DNA of 49,744 bases from an uncultured Gammaproteobacteria bacterium (lineage in GTDB: Bacteria; Patescibacteriota; Patescibacteriia; Magasanikbacterales; UBA922), in the NCBI GenBank assembly GCA_964349825.1, contig CAYGHM010000004.1, forward strand, positions 1 through 49,744, written 5' to 3'. The position numbers were made by a program, and so were the translations under genes. Of this stretch, positions 37,612 to 45,817 are shown in pieces. Every line of letters starts with the position of its first letter. The first letter of the stretch is position 1. The notes beneath the pieces are model-generated. The model made no database searches, was not told where the DNA came from, and saw only the letters and a program-made list of their open reading frames with translations.

Positions 37612-38577
37612 ATGGCTTCCTTTAAGCCAACAATTCTCACTCAAGAACAAACCGCTCAGCTGCGTGAATTGTTCTTTATCACATATTCCGCAGACAGTGA
37701 AGTTCTTTTTGACGCATTCAAAGAAATGGATGAATTTTTTAGCGCCCCTCAAGGGGGAAGCTATATTGAAACATATCGAAATACATTTTGGGAATGGTAT
37801 GTATTTGCCAGCTGGAAGTTATTGTATCAATTACCGAATGATAAAGTTCTTCAGATTGTTCAAAATCAAATTCCTGATGCAATTCGACAAGGGGAAAATG
37901 TGGAATTTCGACTGCTTACCTATATGGCAGCACACGTGCCTGATGTAGAACCGTTGATGGCATTTTATCGTACGCTGAAAAAGAATATTCTTGAATCTAC
38001 TGCAGTGCTTGGCAAAGAAAATAATGTCGCAGTATCATTGTCTCAAATTGTTGTTGATTTGAATAAAATAAATCAAAATTTTGATGCGCTGAAGTATTCT
38101 GAATTTAAAATGAGAGTGGGGAAAATTCTTTCTCAATCACAATTCGAACATGAATATTTGTTTACTCCGCCAGCAAAAATACTGAGTAACTTATTGAATT
38201 TACTCAATTTTTTGTCTGCAACCGATGAAACTACTATTTTTGTCGCGGTTGATGCGCATACTAAACCCGTTTTGTATAAGAAATTAGAACGAGGTGACTT
38301 TGCTCGACAAGCACAAGATGTTAATACAGAATCACCCGTAGAAAAGTTTGGTCCCCCAGTGACGCTTCCGCCAGAAAAATTCCTGGAGGTAAAAGAATTT
38401 TTACTCTCCAAATTCCCTCAAGATGAATCCGGACAATTTCAAGATTTTGATGGAGTAATGTCGCTTTTGGATGATACGGCCCTTGCGATGGGGGATGAAC
38501 GAATTAGAGATTTGTACATGTTCAACGAAGACAGTGGTGAGTTTGAATGGAATCAACAGTTATTGGCGATGGCATAA
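37612..38577 (+). CDS. Hypothetical cytoplasmic protein (321 aa) in the T4SS-like operon
   Basis: Uninterrupted ORF 42 nt after the previous stop. No TM helix and no recognised motif. Confidence 0.55.
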   Translation: MASFKPTILTQEQTAQLRELFFITYSADSEVLFDAFKEMDEFFSAPQGGSYIETYRNTFWEWYVFASWKLLYQLPNDKVLQIVQNQIPDAIRQGENVEFRLLTYMAAHVPDVEPLMAFYRTLKKNILESTAVLGKENNVAVSLSQIVVDLNKINQNFDALKYSEFKMRVGKILSQSQFEHEYLFTPPAKILSNLLNLLNFLSATDETTIFVAVDAHTKPVLYKKLERGDFARQAQDVNTESPVEKFGPPVTLPPEKFLEVKEFLLSKFPQDESGQFQDFDGVMSLLDDTALAMGDERIRDLYMFNEDSGEFEWNQQLLAMA

Positions 38578-38587
38578 TTTTTTTCCT

Positions 38588-39856
38588 ATGTCGGAGGGTA
38601 CCTCACAGACAAAAATATCAGTCAAAAAGTCAGACGGGACAGTCGTGCGCATGACACTGGCTGAATTTAAGGAATATAAAAAACAATTAACAAATAATAC
38701 TCCAACGGTCAGTCAATCAGTCACTGATTCAGAAACCACAACACCTGTTTTACCGCCAGTTACTGTTGTAGAAGAGCAAAAAATGAGTGATACCCCTATT
38801 GAACCTTCTTTGATTTCTCCTGTTTCACCTCCAGCTTCTCAACCTACTCAAGAATTGGTGGCTATTACTCATCAGGAGCTCGCGACAACAACACCGGTGG
38901 CGGATTTGTTTGTGAATGAAGCAAGAGCAAAAATGTGGAATAGTGATGATCATACATCGCTTCTCGATGAAGAGTTGGCTGATAATGATGTAAAAATAAA
39001 AGATGCCGAAATTCCGCAGCTTCCATCACGGAATTCTGCTTTGCTTACCGCGGTCATGGCAGCACTGCCATTCCCAGTACCAGAACAGGTTACTGGGCGT
39101 TTGCAATCGCTTATTGAATCTCGGGTAAAAGATGTGCGGACTGATGATGATGTATTGGCATATGGAACTCGACCGGCGGTAGACGGGGGATTGGGACTGT
39201 CTCCGGAAGACGCCGCAACATTATTAGAAACTATTGTCGATACACTCAATTTACCACCATCCCAGACTTCGGTTACTCCATCAGAAGAGGTGGTTCCGGA
39301 TGATTTGGTATCTGATGCTGTTGAATCATCTGACCCGATTGAAGAAGTGGTAGTTCCAGAAGAACTTCAATCAAAAGAAAAAAAATCAACAGGTTTTTCT
39401 TATGATCAATCACGGGATGAAATACCGTGGCAGCCTCGGTTTAGTCCAGATGCAGCGCGTCAACCAACCTCAGCCATTCCTATGACCAGCGAGGGTCGAC
39501 CGCTTGTTCATGATGTACAAGCGCCTTCGCAGTCAAACGTGCGCACTATGGGGCCGGTGGATGAGTTTCGTGCGTTTACTTTGACCGATCTGCATCGTCT
39601 CGGAAATACCAAAGAAAAAATGACGACATCTATGGTTGATAAATTTATCGTATTGCGTGACGATTCGTTTGTTTTATATCTTGACGCCATTGATGCATTT
39701 CGACAAAGTCCGTTGTATCGACAATACCAGGAACATATTCTTACCTCTATCAATGAAAGTATTTCCCTTCAGACCTCACTTGATTATGATGAAGAGGGTA
39801 TGACATTAAACGATGTTGAATGTATCGTGAATACAATGAAAGCCGTGGGCTACTAA
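38588..39856 (+). CDS. Hypothetical protein with a Pro/Ser/Thr-rich centre (422 aa)
   Basis: The ORF 38471 start overlaps the upstream gene, so the start was moved to ATG 38588 (MSEGTSQTK), 10 nt after the previous stop. Confidence 0.55.
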   Translation: MSEGTSQTKISVKKSDGTVVRMTLAEFKEYKKQLTNNTPTVSQSVTDSETTTPVLPPVTVVEEQKMSDTPIEPSLISPVSPPASQPTQELVAITHQELATTTPVADLFVNEARAKMWNSDDHTSLLDEELADNDVKIKDAEIPQLPSRNSALLTAVMAALPFPVPEQVTGRLQSLIESRVKDVRTDDDVLAYGTRPAVDGGLGLSPEDAATLLETIVDTLNLPPSQTSVTPSEEVVPDDLVSDAVESSDPIEEVVVPEELQSKEKKSTGFSYDQSRDEIPWQPRFSPDAARQPTSAIPMTSEGRPLVHDVQAPSQSNVRTMGPVDEFRAFTLTDLHRLGNTKEKMTTSMVDKFIVLRDDSFVLYLDAIDAFRQSPLYRQYQEHILTSINESISLQTSLDYDEEGMTLNDVECIVNTMKAVGY

Positions 39857-39857
39857 T

Positions 39858-39983
39858 ATACGTCCGAATCTACGAATTTGCCCTAATCTACAAATTCTAC
39901 CAATTTACGAATTGTCGACACTGTTGGTATCTGTAGGTTCGTAGAATTCGTAGGTTAGGAAAGATTTGTAGATTCGGACGTAT
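39858..39983. repeat. 126-nt imperfect long hairpin whose arms are built from CTACnAAT/TACGAAT units
   Basis: ATACGTCCGAATCTAC (39858-73) pairs perfectly with GTAGATTCGGACGTAT (39968-83). Pairing continues for about 50 positions, and 6 of the 10 non-Watson-Crick positions I tallied are G-U compatible. Confidence 0.6.
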
Positions 39984-39993
39984 TATCTTCCGT

Positions 39994-40431
39994 ATGCAAC
40001 AGTTTGTCGTTCCACAATTTATTGATGTTGAAGATAAAATTTTTGGTCCGGTTACTACGCGGCAGTTTTTGATTTTGCTTGTCGGAAGTCTGACTATTTT
40101 TTTGGGATTTCGTTTTGGTGATTTCATGACCTTTGTTCTGGTGCTTATTTTTGTCGGAGGCGGATCACTTATTCTTGCCTTCGTGAAGATTAATGGACAA
40201 AATTTTCACATGTTTTTATTGAATATTTTTCAAACACTCAAAAAACCAAGTTTGCGCATTTGGAATAAGTCCTATACTGATCAGGATTTGGATTATTTGC
40301 GAAAGCGTGATTCAGAAATCATTATTACTGAAAAGCAAGAACGGAAAGCCGTGCGACATGAACATATCCGTGATTTATCCCTTATTGTAAATACAGGTGG
40401 GTACTATAAGCCAGAGGATGATCAATGGTAA
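39994..40431 (+). CDS. PrgI-family (VirB3-like) small membrane protein
   Basis: N-terminal VVPQFIDVEDKIFGPVTTRQFLILLVGSL followed by two TM helices. This matches the PrgI/VirB3-like pattern of Gram-positive-type T4SS. Confidence 0.65.
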   Translation: MQQFVVPQFIDVEDKIFGPVTTRQFLILLVGSLTIFLGFRFGDFMTFVLVLIFVGGGSLILAFVKINGQNFHMFLLNIFQTLKKPSLRIWNKSYTDQDLDYLRKRDSEIIITEKQERKAVRHEHIRDLSLIVNTGGYYKPEDDQW

Positions 40432-40440
40432 CCCCACACG

Positions 40441-40484
40441 GCACGCCGACGTCGGCGTGCTCGACCTCCCCTTGGTAGGGGAGG
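40441..40484. repeat. Two adjacent GC-rich hairpins, the first a perfect 20-bp palindrome
   Basis: GCACGCCGAC|GTCGGCGTGC (40441-60). CCTCCCC-TTGGTA-GGGGAGG (40465-84). No T-tract follows. Confidence 0.6.
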
Positions 40485-40539
40485 TAACAAGGTGAAAATA
40501 AGGGTATTATAATTTAGCAATTACAAACAGGTTTATTCG

Positions 40540-40548
40540 TGCTATAAT
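40540..40548 (+). promoter_or_regulatory. Extended -10 promoter (TGCTATAAT), internal to the T4SS-like locus
   Basis: Perfect TGnTATAAT 27 nt upstream of ATG 40575. A GGAG lies 8 nt before the ATG. Confidence 0.5.
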
Positions 40549-40574
40549 GCACAAAACGCTATCGGAGAAGAACT

Positions 40575-41267
40575 ATGGATAAAAAGATGCAACAAAAGAA
40601 AAATCAGAAAGCAAAACGCCCGTCCACCCAGGCGCATACTCCTATTGCCGAGATTAAGGATGGTGTTGTTGTATTGAAAGATGGCAGCATGAGAAAAGTT
40701 CTTTTAACATCGAGTATTAATTTTGCGTTAAAATCAGAAGATGAGCAGAACGCATTGATTTCTTCGTATGTAGGTTTTTTAAATTCTATTGATTTTCCAC
40801 TGCAGATTGTTGCACAGTCGAGACGGCTCCAGATTCAGCCGTATCTTGATAAATTGATTGCTATTGAAAAAGAACAGCCAAATGAATTATTGCGTGTGCA
40901 AATCGCAGATTACAGATCCTTTATTCAGGAGTTGGTTGATATTGGACAGATCATGACGAAGCGATTTTATGTTGTGGTGCCGTATGATCCGATGTCCCAT
41001 AAACAAAAAGGTTTTTTTGCTCGCCTCAAAGAAATTATTGCTCCGGCAATAACGATCCGATTAAAAGAAGATCGATTCCAACAGAAAAAAGCTGATTTGG
41101 ATATGCGTGTTCGACAAGTAGGCGGCGGACTCGGAAGCATGGGGCTTCAAGTTGTTGAGCTCAATACTCAGGCGCTTATTGAATTATTTTATACCACCTA
41201 TAATCCTGATATTTCTTTTGCAGAAAGTCTTGGCAAGCTAGAAGATATTCAAATTGAAAGCCTGTAG
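40575..41267 (+). CDS. Hypothetical protein resembling a stand-alone VirB4 N-terminal domain (230 aa)
   Basis: IAEIKDGVVVLKDGSMRKVLLTSSINFALKSEDEQNALISSYVGFLNSIDFPLQIV follows the same pattern as the N-domain of VirB4-type ATPases. It has no Walker motifs. Confidence 0.4.
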   Translation: MDKKMQQKKNQKAKRPSTQAHTPIAEIKDGVVVLKDGSMRKVLLTSSINFALKSEDEQNALISSYVGFLNSIDFPLQIVAQSRRLQIQPYLDKLIAIEKEQPNELLRVQIADYRSFIQELVDIGQIMTKRFYVVVPYDPMSHKQKGFFARLKEIIAPAITIRLKEDRFQQKKADLDMRVRQVGGGLGSMGLQVVELNTQALIELFYTTYNPDISFAESLGKLEDIQIESL

Positions 41268-41287
41268 CTAGCATATCGTAATATATT

Positions 41288-43165
41288 ATGCCGTTTAAAC
41301 CTATATCATCTAAATCAAATTCGCTGAAAACCGGTATTCTTCAGGATAAGCAAAAAAAAGGATACGATTCTCAACCAGATTTGATTAGCCTTGAAGAGGA
41401 AAAAGTATATCGCCAAGGAACCGTGGCTATCCGAGATCTTGTTGCGCCATCAGCTATGCGTATCGAATCAAACTATATTCAGCTTGGTGATGTTTTTTTG
41501 CGGACTATTTACGTGATTACCTATCCACGATATATTTCTGTCGGTTGGAGTTCTCCTATTTTGAACTTGAATTTGACCATGGATGTGGCCATGTTTTTTT
41601 ATCCGATTGAATCGCCGATTATTTTAAAACAATTAAAGAAAAAGGTAGGTGCGCTTCAAGCACAATTGTCATCAGATGCTGAAAAAGGCGCTCCGCGTGA
41701 TCCATTGCGTGAAACCGCACTCCGAGATATTGAACAATTGCGAGATGATTTGACTCAAGGGATTGAGCATTTTTTCCAATTTGGTTTTTATGTGACGCTC
41801 TATTCAAAAGATAAAATTGAATTGGATCGTATCACACAGGATATTGAAAATATTTTTGGATCAAAACTTATTTATAGCAAAAACGTTTTGTATCAAGCAG
41901 AACAAGGATTTACCTCTACGTTGCCGCTGGCGATTGACGAACTTATGGTATCGTTCAATATGAATTCTTCGCCAATCGCGTCTTCATTCCCATTCATGTC
42001 CTCGGAACTCACGAGTGATGATGGTGTGCTATATGGTATTAATCGTCATAATAATAGCTTGATTTTATTTGATCGTTTTTCTTTGCAAAATGCGAATGCC
42101 GTGGTATTTGCATCGTCTGGTGCAGGTAAATCGTATGCGGTAAAATTGGAAGTGCTGCGTAGTCTTATGCTCGGTGTTGATGTTATTATTATCGATCCGG
42201 AAATGGAGTATATTCATTTAACGGAAGCGGTGGGAGGAACATTCGTCAATATTTCACTTGCATCAGAAAGTAAGGTTAATCCATTTGATTTGCCTCGTCC
42301 GGTCGGGCAACAGGTATCGACTGAAGACGTCATTCGAAGCGCGGTTATTACCATTAAAGGGTTGCTGCGTATTATGCTTGGTACTGTTTCGGCGCAGGAA
42401 GATTCCACACTGGATCGAGCGCTTCTCGAAACATATGCGAAAAAAGATATTACACCATCATCAGATCTCGCGACCGTTGAGCCACCGATTATTCAGGATT
42501 TGGTGGATGTCTTAGAAGGAATGGATGGAGCAGAGACGTTGGTATTAAAATTAAAAAAATATACGGAAGGAACATTTTCTGGATTGTTCAATGCGCCGAC
42601 AAATGTGCAGATGAATAATCAGTTGGTTGTCTTTAGTGTTCGTGATTTGGAAGATGAGTTGCGTCCGCTTGCGATTTACTCGCTGGTCAATTATATTTGG
42701 AATATTGTTCGCAGTGAACGAAAGAAGCGTGTCCTCGTGATTGATGAAGCTTGGTGGCTTATGCAGCATGAAGACAGTGCAAAATTTATCTTTGCATTGG
42801 TAAAACGTTGTCGAAAATATTACTTGGGTGTTACCACTATTACTCAAGATGTAAACGACTTTTTACGTTCGCAATACGGTCAAGCCATTGTAACAAACTC
42901 TTCTTTGCAATTGCTTCTTCGTCAATCTCCCGCGTCAATTGATATGATTCAGAAAGTATTCATGCTTACTGAAGGAGAAAAATATTTACTTCTTGAAAGT
43001 GGTGTCGGTGAAGGAATATTTTTTGCAGGATTGAAGCATGCGGCGATCAAAGTAATTGCATCATATACGGAAGATCAGCTTATCACCTCAGATCCGAAGC
43101 AGTTATTGGAAATTGAAAAAGCAAAAAAAGAATTTGAACAGCAGATGATACGAGGAAAACAATAA
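41288..43165 (+). CDS. virB4: VirB4-family T4SS ATPase (625 aa)
   Basis: N-domain pattern LVAPSAMRIESNYIQLGDVFLRTIYVITYPRYISVGW. Walker A FASSGAGKSYAVK (about nt 42113-42136). Walker B RVLVIDEAWWLM (about nt 42731-42754). ITQDV motif. Confidence 0.85.
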   Translation: MPFKPISSKSNSLKTGILQDKQKKGYDSQPDLISLEEEKVYRQGTVAIRDLVAPSAMRIESNYIQLGDVFLRTIYVITYPRYISVGWSSPILNLNLTMDVAMFFYPIESPIILKQLKKKVGALQAQLSSDAEKGAPRDPLRETALRDIEQLRDDLTQGIEHFFQFGFYVTLYSKDKIELDRITQDIENIFGSKLIYSKNVLYQAEQGFTSTLPLAIDELMVSFNMNSSPIASSFPFMSSELTSDDGVLYGINRHNNSLILFDRFSLQNANAVVFASSGAGKSYAVKLEVLRSLMLGVDVIIIDPEMEYIHLTEAVGGTFVNISLASESKVNPFDLPRPVGQQVSTEDVIRSAVITIKGLLRIMLGTVSAQEDSTLDRALLETYAKKDITPSSDLATVEPPIIQDLVDVLEGMDGAETLVLKLKKYTEGTFSGLFNAPTNVQMNNQLVVFSVRDLEDELRPLAIYSLVNYIWNIVRSERKKRVLVIDEAWWLMQHEDSAKFIFALVKRCRKYYLGVTTITQDVNDFLRSQYGQAIVTNSSLQLLLRQSPASIDMIQKVFMLTEGEKYLLLESGVGEGIFFAGLKHAAIKVIASYTEDQLITSDPKQLLEIEKAKKEFEQQMIRGKQ

Positions 43166-43203
43166 TTTCTTGCCTACATAATTTTTTCCATTCTTTTATT
43201 CCT

Positions 43204-43794
43204 ATGATTGACCTACGCACCCGACTTCTTCTTGCCATCGGTGGAGCAGTACTTCTCGTTGCTCTTATTATCGGCGGTATTTTTATTGGAAAAAAAGTGA
43301 ATAATGGAACAGAGGAAATTGTCACGGAAACACCGGCAACAGAGGAAATAAGTGAGGGGCAACCAATTGCGGTTGACGAAACACCGGTCATCGATATTCC
43401 TATTACTCCTGCACCGATACCACAAACAACAGAAGAAAAGCAGGCTTTGTATGTCCGACAACTTTCTCGTGATTTCATCGAACGGTTTTTGAGTTTTTCC
43501 AATAAAAATAATGATAAGCACTTGGTTGATGTTGAATCATCCGTTACCGCAACCATGTTGGAGTGGGTAAAATTACAGACAACATCAGGTATGTCTGGAA
43601 CTGTATCTCAGAATACAAAAGTTATCTCAACATCACTGAATAGTATAGAAGGGGATAGCGCTTCAGTATCCATCGGTGTTCAACAAATCATAAAAGATGA
43701 TAGCGGAACGAAAGCGGTGTATAAAAATGGCCGTGTAGAATTGTTGCGCATTGGCGGCGTATGGAAAATAGACGGATTATTTTGGGAAGAATAA
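43204..43794 (+). CDS. Bitopic membrane protein; VirB8/PrgL-like candidate (196 aa)
   Basis: TM helix LLLAIGGAVLLVALIIGGIFIG, a linker, then a C-terminal domain ending VYKNGRVELLRIGGVWKIDGLFWEE, which suggests an NTF2-like fold. The position after VirB4 fits. The assignment is inference only. Confidence 0.4.
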   Translation: MIDLRTRLLLAIGGAVLLVALIIGGIFIGKKVNNGTEEIVTETPATEEISEGQPIAVDETPVIDIPITPAPIPQTTEEKQALYVRQLSRDFIERFLSFSNKNNDKHLVDVESSVTATMLEWVKLQTTSGMSGTVSQNTKVISTSLNSIEGDSASVSIGVQQIIKDDSGTKAVYKNGRVELLRIGGVWKIDGLFWEE

Positions 43795-43813
43795 ATTATT
43801 TTAATAGGAGCAT

Positions 43814-44521
43814 ATGAGGAGGGGGTTATTACGTTTTTTTAGTATTATCCAAGAATATCTTTTTCCGCTTTTTTGTCTTTCATGCGAAAAAGAAGGGGAT
43901 TGGGTATGTGTAGATTGTTTTTCGCGTCGGATAATTATTTCCGGCGTTTTTTATTGCCCGATTTGTCATATGGTGACAGAAGGTGGTGCGGCTTGTGATG
44001 CGTGTCGTCATAGCACGTATATAACACGACATACTGCACTCATGCCTTACCATGAAAAAGCATTTATTGCAGAATTACTTCACACGATAAAATATAACTT
44101 TAGTGAAAGCGCATTCGGGGTTTTGGATTGTTGTGTGACATTATTTTTTAAGGATCGTATTGATATACTGTCGGGTATAGATTTAATTGTGCCTGTACCC
44201 CTCCACGCTCGACGTTTCGCTGAACGGGGTTTTAATCAGGCTGAGAAGATTGCATCACATGTCGCAACCTGTACTGCCATACCTATACATACGGGCGGAT
44301 TATCCCGACCAAGAAAAACATTGCAGCAGGCATTATTATCAAAGAGCGAGCGAGAAAAAAATGTCGAAAATGCCTTTGTCGCACGCCCTGTATATAAAGG
44401 AAAAACCATCCTTTTGGTCGATGATGTCTATACCACCGGAAGTACCATGCAAGCCTGTGCCAAAGCCTTGCTCGCCGCCGGGGCAAAAGAGGTTCGAGGG
44501 TTCAGTATTGCACGAGGTTGA
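43814..44521 (+). CDS. comFC: ComF-family protein (ComFC-type phosphoribosyltransferase-fold competence protein)
   Basis: N-terminal Cys4-type zinc finger (CLSCEKEG..CVDC, CPICH..CDAC), PVPLHARRFAERGFNQAE, and PRT motif ILLVDDVYTTGST. AGGAG lies 5 nt before the ATG. Confidence 0.85.
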   Translation: MRRGLLRFFSIIQEYLFPLFCLSCEKEGDWVCVDCFSRRIIISGVFYCPICHMVTEGGAACDACRHSTYITRHTALMPYHEKAFIAELLHTIKYNFSESAFGVLDCCVTLFFKDRIDILSGIDLIVPVPLHARRFAERGFNQAEKIASHVATCTAIPIHTGGLSRPRKTLQQALLSKSEREKNVENAFVARPVYKGKTILLVDDVYTTGSTMQACAKALLAAGAKEVRGFSIARG

Positions 44522-44607
44522 CGAATGATAAAAAATTCGATATCATATGCCCGTTAACAAAAGATAACACGGTTACCCTTTTAGAGGGGTAAACGAGGTG
44601 TATTTTT

Positions 44608-44694
44608 GGAGAGATGGCTGAGCGGTTTAAGGCGGCGGTCTTGAAAACCGTTGGGGATGAAAGTCTCCCGGGGGTTCGAATCCCTCTCTCTCCG
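44608..44694 (+). tRNA. tRNA-Ser (anticodon UGA); CCA not encoded
   Basis: Acceptor GGAGAGA/TCTCTCC. Anticodon arm GCGGT-CTTGAAA-ACCGT. Long variable arm. T-loop GGGGG-TTCGAAT-CCCTC. Discriminator G is followed by CCT. Confidence 0.9.
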
Positions 44695-44699
44695 CCTTT

Positions 44700-44840
44700 G
44701 CCCGCCATAGCGTCTTCGCGACGGCGGGTTCACTGGACTACATCATACGTACTTCAACGTATGATGTAGTATTGCTCAGGCTTCGGCGGACACAGTCCGC
44801 CAAAAGCATTACATCGTAGCTACCTATGGTGTAATGCTTT
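44700..44840 (+). other. Four consecutive stable hairpins in the spacer between the two tRNA-Ser genes
   Basis: CCCGCC/GGCGGG (44701-28). Perfect 13-bp CTACATCATACGT/ACGTATGATGTAG (44738-69). GGCGGAC-ACA-GTCCGCC (44785-801). 10-bp AAAGCATTAC/GTAATGCTTT (44803-40), followed by a T-rich tract. Confidence 0.55.
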
Positions 44841-44864
44841 TAAGTTTTTATACTTTAAAGATAC

Positions 44865-44954
<90 letters not shown>

Positions 44955-45091
44955 GATTGCCAAGTTCAAACCCAAGCAAAATAAGGGTTTTTGGATAACG
45001 AAAAACTGATTTTTTAGAAAGTCAGTTTTTTTGTTCTATTTTTGGAACAGTGGTATTGTGTAATTAATATATTTCAATCGAGAACAAATTT

Positions 45092-45817
45092 ATGTCTACA
45101 ATTGGAAAGAATTTAAAAAAGTCACAGGAACAAAAAGAGATATTTCAAGATAAATCGCCTAAACTTGCAGATATTTCTTCAAATTTTGAAGCTAAATGCG
45201 TTCGATCAAAATACGATAGTTTTTCTAAAGAATGGGATACAAAATGGGATCGCTATTTTCCTGATAAAAATGATTTAAAGAATCAAATTATGGGTTTAGA
45301 ATATGGAAAATTTTATGATGTAAATAATGCATTTGGAAAACTAAATAAAGCATTGCAAATATGTGCTTTTTTGCATAAACTTTCAAAATCAAAATCGTCT
45401 CAAGACACAGAAAAAATTATAATCACTATACTTGTTTCTTGTGCTGAAGCAATTTATAGGATCAATAAGCCCGATGAGTCAATTAGTGAACATTTAGTCA
45501 AAGGATTTTTTAAATCTGTTAAAAAACAGCTTAAAATTAAAGGCCGTGTTGGTAAAGAAATATTTGAACCAGCAGAAGTATTGTATCTGGTAAGAAATGA
45601 CTACATTCATAATGGTAATTTTACAGGATCTTTCTTTAAGAAGATGGGTTTGGAGGATTATGTTTGCAATTGGGGAAGTTTCTATTATTCAAAAAAGGAA
45701 GACAAGCTAAAGTTGATACAAGTATATTCTGAATGCAAATTGACCTATCAAGATTTTCTAAAAATATTTCTTGAAGCGTTTATAAAAAATATTGAGAAAT
45801 ATTGTGAAAAAAAATAA
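45092..45817 (+). CDS. Lys-rich hypothetical protein with an RNxxxH (HEPN-like) motif (241 aa)
   Basis: LYLVRNDYIHNG (R at 45593, H at 45608) in a predicted helical context. The gene is visibly more AT-rich than its neighbours and lies just 3' of the tRNA pair. The family assignment is tentative. Confidence 0.4.
   Translation: MSTIGKNLKKSQEQKEIFQDKSPKLADISSNFEAKCVRSKYDSFSKEWDTKWDRYFPDKNDLKNQIMGLEYGKFYDVNNAFGKLNKALQICAFLHKLSKSKSSQDTEKIIITILVSCAEAIYRINKPDESISEHLVKGFFKSVKKQLKIKGRVGKEIFEPAEVLYLVRNDYIHNGNFTGSFFKKMGLEDYVCNWGSFYYSKKEDKLKLIQVYSECKLTYQDFLKIFLEAFIKNIEKYCEKK

Noticed and set aside
44187-44528. 113-aa alternative-frame ORF inside comFC, and 37604..37948 inside the 321-aa gene
   Set aside because: These are same-strand, out-of-frame overlaps with better-supported CDSs. 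No independent evidence supports them.
44502-44708. 68-aa minus-strand ORF (MAGKGGERGIRTPG..)
   Set aside because: It is the reverse translation of tRNA-Ser(UGA). GIRTP is the classic T-arm artefact.
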